From the NCBI GenBank assembly GCA_964457525.1, contig CAYWGS010000070.1:1-7485 (forward strand): a stretch of DNA of 7,485 bases, given 5' to 3'. The DNA comes from an uncultured Erysipelotrichaceae bacterium. GTDB lineage: Bacteria; Bacillota_I; Bacilli_A; Erysipelotrichales; Erysipelotrichaceae. The notes under the pieces were generated by a model. The model was not told the DNA's origin, did not search any database, and worked only from the letters and a program-made list of their open reading frames with translations. A program made the translations under genes and the position numbers. Below, one piece after another: positions 1-5,900 of the stretch. Within the stretch, counting starts at the first letter, position 1. Each line of letters begins with the position of its first letter.

Positions 1-76
1 ATAGTAGTACACTCATTGAACTAAATAGGTAAGTTATTCCATCTAATAGAATATCTTTGAAATTTTTCTTACGCAT
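1..76 (-). CDS. pstA: Phosphate ABC transporter permease PstA, N-terminal fragment (continues beyond the window start)
   Basis: An ATG at 76..74 overlaps the pstC stop by 8 nt (ATGCGTAA). It translates to MRKKNFKDILLDGITYLFSSMSVLL, a basic N-terminus running into a hydrophobic helix. The position directly after pstS-pstC is the canonical pstA slot. Only 25 codons are visible, so the identity rests mainly on position. Confidence 0.65.
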   Translation of the reverse strand, partial: MRKKNFKDILLDGITYLFSSMSVLL

Positions 77-1001
77 GATTCTTACCTATTTTTTTCTTCA
101 ATGTATTAATCAATAAATTTGAAACAAGTATCACAACCATTAACACTAAACCTACCGAAAAGCGTATATCATAATCTAGACCGGTTGTTTCCTTTAGACC
201 TGCTAACATTGTTGATGTCATTGTACGTGTAATATCAAATAAATTGAAACTAGGTCCAAACATCTTATTTCCAGCAACTAAACTTACTGCAGTTGCTTCT
301 CCAAATGCTCTTCCTAAGCCTAGGATGGCACCTGCGAAGATCCCAGATTTTGCAGAATTTAAAACGATTTTAAAGTTTGTTTGGGTTTTAGAAGCTCCCA
401 ATGCATACGAAGCTTTCTCCAAATCAATATCAACCGCTTTGATAGCTGTAATCGATATCGAAGTAATTGTAGGCATAATCATAATCGCAAGAAGTAAGAT
501 AACTGCGAGCAATGAACTACCACCTGCTGTTTGTACTCCTAATACTTTAGCTATACTTTGTATAAATGGAACAATAAACCCAACCGCAAATACACCATAA
601 ACAATCGATGGAATGGATGCTAATATTTCTATTGCACTTTCAATGATGACACCCACACTTTTTGGCGCAATCTTTACAACAAATAATGCAGTTAATACAG
701 AAATTGGAAATGCAATTAACAATGATGCAAAGCCTGAGATCAAAGTATTTATTACAATGAATCCCACCCCATATATCGCTTGATCTTGTCTCCATACCAT
801 TCCTGTGAGAAACGATAAAATATCTTGCTGACCATAACTATAATTTGCTAGAAATGGTGATATTCCTTTTTGAGCGATAAATATGATTATCACAAAAATC
901 ATTATTGATGATATAAAAGCACTAATAAAGAAAAGCGACTTAAAGAATAAGTCTTGATATAACTTAAATTGTTTAGATTGCTTAAACATGGATTGATTCA
1001 T
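69..1001 (-). CDS. pstC: Phosphate ABC transporter permease PstC
   Basis: The 310-aa ORF is a polytopic membrane protein with the family-typical N-terminus (MNQSMFKQSKQFKLYQDLFFKSLFFISAF...). It carries an ABC permease EAA-like loop (LGASKTQTNFKIVLNSAKSGIFAGAILGLGRAFGE). A Shine-Dalgarno AAGGAG lies about 6 nt upstream of the ATG at 1001. It sits between pstS and pstA. Confidence 0.95.
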   Translation of the reverse strand: MNQSMFKQSKQFKLYQDLFFKSLFFISAFISSIMIFVIIIFIAQKGISPFLANYSYGQQDILSFLTGMVWRQDQAIYGVGFIVINTLISGFASLLIAFPISVLTALFVVKIAPKSVGVIIESAIEILASIPSIVYGVFAVGFIVPFIQSIAKVLGVQTAGGSSLLAVILLLAIMIMPTITSISITAIKAVDIDLEKASYALGASKTQTNFKIVLNSAKSGIFAGAILGLGRAFGEATAVSLVAGNKMFGPSFNLFDITRTMTSTMLAGLKETTGLDYDIRFSVGLVLMVVILVSNLLINTLKKKIGKNHA

Positions 1002-1019
1002 AACTTCTCCTTAGAAACA

Positions 1020-1047
1020 GTAATAGGACTCATCTAAGTCCTATTAC
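1020..1047 (-). promoter_or_regulatory. Intercistronic stem-loop between pstS and pstC (possible partial terminator or mRNA stabiliser)
   Basis: A perfect 11-bp inverted repeat, GTAATAGGACT / AGTCCTATTAC (1020..1030 and 1037..1047), has a 6-nt loop. It starts 11 nt after the pstS stop codon. On the minus strand it is followed by TGTTTCT and then the pstC SD, so the U-tract is weak and not canonical. Confidence 0.55.
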
Positions 1048-1058
1048 TTCGTTAGTAT

Positions 1059-1994
1059 TTACTTAGCTAAATCTTCCCAAGTACTGATCGCACCAGAGAA
1101 TATATTGAAAATCAAATCAGTATCCGCATCACTTAATAATGTATTCTCATCATTTACAACAACTACAATTGCATCCATGCAATATACACCAGTAGAAGCA
1201 CCTAAATTAACTGTTTCCTCTGCTTTAAAGTAACGAGAAGCAAAACCAATATCAATTGCATTCGCAGAGTCTTTTTCAGCACCAAGTGTACGTTTGAATC
1301 CATCAGAGGATCCAGTATGATTCATTTCAAATTGAACACCTGTTAATGCTTGGAATGCTTCTAAAGCTGCTTTTAATGTTTTTTCAACTGAAGTAGATCC
1401 ACCTGTTTTTAACACTACAGAACTTAAGTCCTTATTTAGAACTGGATGATTTGCTTTAAGTGTATCCCAAGCTGTACCAGAATCCACATCTACGATTCCA
1501 CCAGCTGCGAATACAACTTCACGTCCTTCAACTGAATTCATCAAGAAATCAGTAAACGCTAGAACAACAAGTTCTTGATCTTCTGATACAAAGTCTCCAC
1601 TCGCACGAGTAACAAATTCAAATGGTCTAGCTAACTCATAGGATTTATTAATAACATTTTCTTCTGTTGCTTCAACACCTTTATAACTAAGTGGTGTAAT
1701 ACCATTCGCCGCAAAATCCGTTGTTAAGGATACATAACCAATACCATTTAAATCTTCACCAACTTTTACTGCCATATCGCCATTACCTGTTACTTCAATA
1801 GCAGATACTGTTAATTTATCTTCTAACTTAATAAATTCTTCAAATGCACCACGTGTACCAGATGACGCATCACGTGTATAAACATTAATCGTTCCTGTAA
1901 CTTTATTTTCTTCAACCGCTGGTTCATTCGCTGCACAACCAACTAACCCTAAACTTAAAATTAATCCAATTGTCAATAATCGAAAAAGTTTCAT
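1059..1994 (-). CDS. pstS: Phosphate-binding lipoprotein PstS (ABC substrate-binding protein, PBP_like_2 type)
   Basis: I moved the start to the ATG at 1994, which has AGGAGG 5 nt upstream. The track start at 2039 has no SD. The product is 311 aa with a lipoprotein signal, MKLFRLLTIGLILSLGLVGC (lipobox LVGC, Cys20). Phosphate-binding motifs are present: TRDASSGTRGAF, GGSTSV, HTGSSDGF and GFASR. pstC and pstA follow. Confidence 0.93.
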   Translation of the reverse strand: MKLFRLLTIGLILSLGLVGCAANEPAVEENKVTGTINVYTRDASSGTRGAFEEFIKLEDKLTVSAIEVTGNGDMAVKVGEDLNGIGYVSLTTDFAANGITPLSYKGVEATEENVINKSYELARPFEFVTRASGDFVSEDQELVVLAFTDFLMNSVEGREVVFAAGGIVDVDSGTAWDTLKANHPVLNKDLSSVVLKTGGSTSVEKTLKAALEAFQALTGVQFEMNHTGSSDGFKRTLGAEKDSANAIDIGFASRYFKAEETVNLGASTGVYCMDAIVVVVNDENTLLSDADTDLIFNIFSGAISTWEDLAK

Positions 1995-2022
1995 ATTTCC
2001 TCCTAGGATAAATCCTAAGCAT

Positions 2023-2086
2023 AGTATATGAAACTTCATTTATTGATTGGTTTATGATATGTTAATGCTTCGTTAATTATTATTAA
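2023..2086 (-). promoter_or_regulatory. Candidate PhoP-dependent pstS promoter: four phased TTAACA-like direct repeats plus a -10 element
   Basis: The minus-strand hexamers are TTAATA (2086..2081), TTAACG (2076..2071), TTAACA (2065..2060) and TAAACC (2054..2049). Their starts are spaced 10, 11 and 11 bp apart. This resembles the B. subtilis Pho box, TT(A/T/C)ACA repeats at about 11-bp phasing. A TATACT -10 lies at 2028..2023, 20 nt after the last repeat, with no good -35, as is typical of activator-dependent promoters. AT-richness makes chance matches plausible. Confidence 0.4.
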
Positions 2087-3308
2087 CAATTGTCGCGGGC
2101 AAAATGATTGTAAATTGTGTTCCTTTATTTAACTCACTACTTACTTCAATTTGACCTTTATGTGCTTGTACATACGCTTTTACGATTGCTAAACCTAATC
2201 CACTACCACCCGTCTGTCTAGATCTTGATTCATCTACTCGATAATATCGATCAAAGATATAAGGGATTTCTTCTTGTTTAATCCCTATGCCTTCATCTTG
2301 TACAATGACTTCAAATCGATTGGAACTTAAAACAGCTGTCACTCGTATTGTTCCCCGATCACTCGACTTTATTGAATTACTCAATAAATTGGATATTATA
2401 TGGTAAAATTTATCCTTATCTGCATAAATCATTGTATCCTTTTGAACATCATTTATAAAGAGCAGCCTCTTCTCCTTTAACAATGTACTGTAACTTCGAT
2501 GCACTTCATTTACAAGTTCACTTAAATTAAAACGCGTTAATTCTAACATCACATTTTTTGAAGAGTAACGAGATAGGTTTAACATGTCATTAATGATATT
2601 TTCCATACGTTTAGATTCTAATTCAATCTGTTTCAAGAAATCACTTAATGTTTCTGGATCATTAAAATTAGGTCGATTAAGAATCTCTGACATACCCTTT
2701 ATCGCTGAAACAGGTGTTTTTAACTCATGAGACGCATCTGCAATAAAGCGTTTTTGAATTCGTTCACGTTCTAGAATACTCGTAATATTTTGGAAGATAA
2801 ATAGAGTTCCAACAAATCGATTATTCTCATAGATTGTGATTGATGTCGCATTATAATCTTGCCCATTAATACTTACACTTCTTTGTAAATTGGATTCCTT
2901 TAAGTACGATTCACGCATAAAAACACGAATATCATTGTTGATTGGACTATCTTCTTTCAAAACACTTATGGACGGTATGTTGTTCATTCTTAAAAAACTT
3001 TCATTTGAAAGTAAGAAGTTTGCTTTATTATCTAACAGTGCTAACGGGAAGTTTATGTTTGTAACGATGGTTTCTAATTGCTTATATCTTAAATTTGATT
3101 GTTTATTAATCTGAAACATTTTTTCTTGATATTCAAACAACAAACGTTCCGATTTTATTTTTTTAATATTGACTTCATCAAAGAAAATTAAAAGAATAGC
3201 TAGAAAGATTATCACTAGAAAAGCATTTAGATCCACTATACGTATATTCTGATTTAAGAATAGTAATGCAAACCCAATCGCCAGTTTGATATAGAACTTA
3301 ACGCTCAT
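2073..3308 (-). CDS. phoR: Two-component sensor histidine kinase, PhoR-like
   Basis: The 411-aa product has two N-terminal TM helices (about aa 5-18 and 28-44), a PAS-like region and the H-box FIADASHELKTP (His194). The N box (NLLSNSIK), G1 (DEGIGI), F (IFDRYYR) and G2 (GGSGLGLAIV) boxes are also present. The ATG at 3308 overlaps the regulator stop by 11 nt. The PhoR name rests on position between an OmpR-type regulator and pstSCA. Confidence 0.85.
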   Translation of the reverse strand: MSVKFYIKLAIGFALLFLNQNIRIVDLNAFLVIIFLAILLIFFDEVNIKKIKSERLLFEYQEKMFQINKQSNLRYKQLETIVTNINFPLALLDNKANFLLSNESFLRMNNIPSISVLKEDSPINNDIRVFMRESYLKESNLQRSVSINGQDYNATSITIYENNRFVGTLFIFQNITSILERERIQKRFIADASHELKTPVSAIKGMSEILNRPNFNDPETLSDFLKQIELESKRMENIINDMLNLSRYSSKNVMLELTRFNLSELVNEVHRSYSTLLKEKRLLFINDVQKDTMIYADKDKFYHIISNLLSNSIKSSDRGTIRVTAVLSSNRFEVIVQDEGIGIKQEEIPYIFDRYYRVDESRSRQTGGSGLGLAIVKAYVQAHKGQIEVSSELNKGTQFTIILPATIVNNN

Positions 3309-3975
3309 TATGTACCTCTAAACTATATCCAACTCCTCGAATCGATTTAAACTCAAATAGATTTGATTTAACTTTGGATTTTAGTTTAAATACATGTACA
3401 TCAACAATTCTTGTATCCCCATCATAATCAAAATTCCAGAGTTCATTTAAAATATCATCTCTTGATAATACTTTATTTTTATTATTGATAAAATAAAGAA
3501 ATAAATCGAACTCAACTTTAGTTAAGAAAATTGGTTCGTTATTCAAAATACATGTACGCTTACTAATATCAATAACACAATCACCAATTGTTCGAATTTG
3601 TGTATTCTCTTGTTTTAAGCGTTTTAAATGAGCATTCACACGAAGAATCAGCTCTCTTGAAGAGAACGGTTTGCGCATATAATCATCAACACCTGCTTCA
3701 AACGCTTCTACAATATCTTCCTCTTCATCTTTTGCAGTGAGCATAAAAAGTATCGCATCATACGATTCACTGCGAATCTTTTTAACTAATTCAATTCCAC
3801 TTAATTTTGGCATCATCCAGTCAATTATACAAACATCATAGTTATTTTTATGAATGAGTTCTAGCGCTTCTTCACCATTCTCACATACATCATAATCAAA
3901 ACCCGCATGCTTTAAATCATAACTTACTAATTTTCGGATATTTATTTCATCATCAACGAATAGAACTCTAGCCAT
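3298..3975 (-). CDS. phoP: OmpR-family response regulator, PhoP-like
   Basis: I moved the start to the ATG at 3975, giving MARVLFVDDE..., the normal receiver N-terminus. The track start at 4002 lies inside phoH. The product is 225 aa. The receiver domain has the acidic pair D8/D9, the phospho-acceptor D52 (CIIDWMMP) and the conserved Lys (LTAKD). The C-terminal winged helix contains IVDVHVFKLKSK and RGVGYSL. Confidence 0.85.
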   Translation of the reverse strand: MARVLFVDDEINIRKLVSYDLKHAGFDYDVCENGEEALELIHKNNYDVCIIDWMMPKLSGIELVKKIRSESYDAILFMLTAKDEEEDIVEAFEAGVDDYMRKPFSSRELILRVNAHLKRLKQENTQIRTIGDCVIDISKRTCILNNEPIFLTKVEFDLFLYFINNKNKVLSRDDILNELWNFDYDGDTRIVDVHVFKLKSKVKSNLFEFKSIRGVGYSLEVHNER

Positions 3976-4930
3976 TTTTTTCATCCTTTTCATACGATTC
4001 AATAATTTTTTGTACTAGTGGGTGTCTTACGATATCCATTTTACCAAGTTCGACAAATTTAATCTCAGGAATATCTTTTAAAACTTTCTTAGCATGTGCT
4101 AAACCTGAACTTTGTTTTAAATCAATTTGGGTTATATCCCCTGTCACAACTAAACGTGTATGAAATCCCATACGTGTTAGAAACATTAACATTTGCGTTT
4201 TTGTTGTATTTTGTGCTTCATCCAAAATAACATATGCATCATCGAACGTACGCCCACGCATATAGGCAAGTGGTGCTATTTCAATCACACCTTTCTCAAT
4301 CATTTTATCGACTGTTTCAATGCCTAATACATCATTGAGTGCATCGTATAAAGGTCTTAAGTATGGATCAATTTTTTCTTTTAAGTCCCCAGGTAAGAAA
4401 CCTAAGTTCTCACCTGCTTCCACAACAGGTCGAGTTAATATAATTTTCTTAATCTCAGCTTTCTTTAATAGAGAAACAGCATATACAACAGAAAGATAGG
4501 TTTTACCAGTCCCAGCAGGACCTGATGCAATAACACATTCGTATTCTTTTAAAGCATCCACAAAACGACTTTGTCCAAGCGTTTTTGCATAGATTGGTTT
4601 ACCACTTACGGTACGACCAATTAATTGATTGGATACTTTAAAGAATTGTTCTTGAGCATTCTCAATGACACATTGAGATAAATAAATGACATCTCTTTCA
4701 TCTAAACTATTATTTTGCTTTATGTGATGAATAAATGCATTAAGTGAATCAAATATCATTTGAGCTTGTTTAGGATCACTCGTATTAACTTGTAATGTAT
4801 TATCTCTCAAAATAAATTCTTGATTAAATGTTTGTTTTAATAGTTTTAGATTCTGATCTTGTAAACCATGTAATAATTGTGTCTCTTCTAAAGTAAGAGC
4901 ACTTAATTCATATTTGTAGTTTTGTGTCAT
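3968..4930 (-). CDS. phoH: PhoH-family ATPase (YqfE/YbeZ-type)
   Basis: The 320-aa product has a Walker A motif (GPAGTGKTY), a Walker B motif (YVILDEAQN) and the family-typical TGDITQIDL and IVRHPLV motifs. An SD GAGGA precedes the ATG at 4930. Length and architecture match Bacillus PhoH. Confidence 0.95.
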   Translation of the reverse strand: MTQNYKYELSALTLEETQLLHGLQDQNLKLLKQTFNQEFILRDNTLQVNTSDPKQAQMIFDSLNAFIHHIKQNNSLDERDVIYLSQCVIENAQEQFFKVSNQLIGRTVSGKPIYAKTLGQSRFVDALKEYECVIASGPAGTGKTYLSVVYAVSLLKKAEIKKIILTRPVVEAGENLGFLPGDLKEKIDPYLRPLYDALNDVLGIETVDKMIEKGVIEIAPLAYMRGRTFDDAYVILDEAQNTTKTQMLMFLTRMGFHTRLVVTGDITQIDLKQSSGLAHAKKVLKDIPEIKFVELGKMDIVRHPLVQKIIESYEKDEKNG

Positions 4931-4947
4931 TTTTGTCCTCTATCTTA

Positions 4948-4975
4948 ATTTTATCGTTCTATAAAAAAATGTAAA
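4948..4975 (-). promoter_or_regulatory. Candidate sigma-A promoter for phoH
   Basis: The elements are -35 TTTACA (4975..4970), a 16-nt spacer and -10 TAAAAT (4953..4948). The predicted transcription start would lie only 1-2 nt before the phoH SD, giving an unusually short leader. Read-through from rpsU is therefore an equally good source of phoH transcript. Confidence 0.4.
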
Positions 4976-4976
4976 C

Positions 4977-4996
4977 AAAAAGAAGCTTTCGCTTCT
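4977..4996 (-). terminator. Rho-independent terminator of rpsU (short and probably leaky)
   Basis: The minus strand reads AGAAGC-GAAA-GCTTCT followed by TTTTG: a 6-bp stem, a GNRA-type tetraloop and a T run. The 5' arm includes the last two bases of the rpsU TAG stop codon. Confidence 0.6.
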
Positions 4997-5174
4997 ATTT
5001 TGAACGGCGTGCTTTTCTAGCAGCTTCTTGTTTTAATTTACGTTTAACTCCAGGTTTAACGTAATATTCTCTTTTACGTGCTTCAGCGAGGGTACCATTG
5101 CGCGATACTTGGCGTTTAAAACGACGTAACGCTTCATCTAAACCTTCATTCTCTTTTAAAACGACTCTTGGCAT
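4995..5174 (-). CDS. rpsU: 30S ribosomal protein S21
   Basis: This gene is not in the supplied ORF track; I found it by hand translation. The product is [59 protein letters not shown] (59 aa). This is the unmistakable S21 pattern (E.LD.ALRRFKR.VS..GTL.E.RKRE.Y.KP..KRK). A strong SD (AAAGGAGGGG) lies upstream of the ATG at 5174. Confidence 0.95.
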   Translation of the reverse strand: MPRVVLKENEGLDEALRRFKRQVSRNGTLAEARKREYYVKPGVKRKLKQEAARKARRSK

Positions 5175-5207
5175 TCTCTCCCCTCCTTTCCTAAAGTTAC
5201 CGTTGTA

Positions 5208-5236
5208 ATTATAAACAGTCTAAGCATAAATTGCAA
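5208..5236 (-). promoter_or_regulatory. Sigma-A promoter of rpsU
   Basis: The elements are -35 TTGCAA (5236..5231), an exact 17-nt spacer and a consensus -10 TATAAT (5213..5208). The implied leader to the rpsU ATG is about 27 nt. The promoter sits in the 63-nt gap after the deoC stop. Confidence 0.7.
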
Positions 5237-5237
5237 G

Positions 5238-5900
5238 TTAATATGATGAATTAGCGTCTAAACCTTGAATTAACTTAACTCCACTGGATGTTCCAATACG
5301 ATCTGCACCAGCTTCAATCATTTTCTTCAAATCCTCTGAAGTCTTTACCCCACCTGCAGCTTTAACTTTACATTGACCTTTGACTGTATCTTTCATAAGT
5401 TTAACATCTTCGAATGTTGCGCCACCAGTTGAGAATCCTGTTGAAGTTTTAACAAAATGAGCTTTGGCTAAAACACACAATTCACACGCTCTAATCTTTT
5501 CTTCTTCCGTTAATAGACATGTTTCAATAATTACTTTAACAGTCTTCCCATGTGCAGCTTTAACTACAGCTTTAATGTCATTAAGTACTACTTCATCTTG
5601 TTTATCCTTAAGTGCTCCAATGTTAATAACCATGTCAAACTCTTCAGCACCTTGAGCTAAAGCAACTTGAGTTTCATGCGCTTTACTTTCGGTAGAGGTA
5701 GCACCTAAAGGGAAACCGATAACCGTGCAAACTTTAACATTTGAACCTTTTAAAGCTTCTTTACATAAAGGCACCCAAAATGGATTAACACAAACTGAAG
5801 CAAACGAGTTCACAACAGCTTCGTCACAGAGTTTTAGTAGTTCTTCTTGAGTCGCATTCGCTCTTAATAAAGTATGATCAATATATTGGTTGTAAGTCAT
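5238..5900 (-). CDS. deoC: Deoxyribose-phosphate aldolase (DERA)
   Basis: I moved the start to the ATG at 5900, which has AAGGAGGA 6 nt upstream and gives [12 protein letters not shown]... (220 aa). The product aligns along its full length with my recollection of Bacillus Dra/DeoC. Shared segments include [28 protein letters not shown] and the Schiff-base lysine segment [14 protein letters not shown]. Confidence 0.95.
   Translation of the reverse strand: MTYNQYIDHTLLRANATQEELLKLCDEAVVNSFASVCVNPFWVPLCKEALKGSNVKVCTVIGFPLGATSTESKAHETQVALAQGAEEFDMVINIGALKDKQDEVVLNDIKAVVKAAHGKTVKVIIETCLLTEEEKIRACELCVLAKAHFVKTSTGFSTGGATFEDVKLMKDTVKGQCKVKAAGGVKTSEDLKKMIEAGADRIGTSSGVKLIQGLDANSSY

Noticed and set aside
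244-600. A 118-aa plus-strand ORF antisense to pstC.
   Set aside because: It lies entirely within the confidently assigned pstC gene. It starts at a TTG with no Shine-Dalgarno upstream. Its product has low-complexity, shadow-like composition (P/A/T/I rich) and no recognisable motif. It is best explained as a shadow ORF.
2004-2017. The inverted repeat TAGGAT-TT-ATCCTA in the pstS leader as an SD-sequestering riboswitch or thermosensor-like element.
   Set aside because: Only about 5 bp can pair once a minimal loop is allowed. The 3' arm ends where the GGAGG core begins, so the SD is not occluded. It is kept only as a side note under the Pho-box finding.
1995-2039. An in-frame 15-codon N-terminal extension of pstS (track start 2039). 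Similar upstream extensions occur for phoP (to 4002), deoC (to 5921) and murE (TTG at 7368).
   Set aside because: None of the extended starts has a Shine-Dalgarno. In contrast, the internal ATGs at 1994, 3975 and 5900 have clear ones, and the ATG at 7350 has at most a weak purine-rich one. The internal starts also give the N-termini typical of each family: a signal peptide, [20 protein letters not shown] and MKLNRLF. The extensions run through the preceding gene or through promoter sequence.
2890-3114. A 74-aa plus-strand ORF antisense to phoR.
   Set aside because: It has a TTG start, no SD and no motif, and it sits inside the PAS-like coding region of the kinase. It is a shadow ORF.
5031-5059. 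Phased direct repeats TTAAAC / TTAAAC / TTAAAA (12- and 11-bp spacing) inside the rpsU 3' end, which could look like upstream Pho boxes for phoH.
   Set aside because: They are fully explained by the codons for the conserved lysine-rich S21 tail (GTT AAA ... GTT AAA CGT AAA TTA AAA = VK..VKRKLK). They match the Pho-box hexamer at only 4 of 6 positions. They lie more than 50 bp upstream of the candidate -35.
5464-5655. A 63-aa plus-strand ORF antisense to deoC.
   Set aside because: It has a TTG start and no SD, and it is embedded in a highly conserved DERA coding segment. It is a shadow ORF.
5878-5880. The possibility of a Mollicutes-type code (TGA = Trp), given the AT-rich sequence.
   Set aside because: TGA at 5880..5878 closes murE at a sensible length. 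The Trp codons I checked are TGG (PstS STWEDL, PhoP IDWMMP). All ORFs have normal family lengths under the standard code, and murE itself implies a cell wall.
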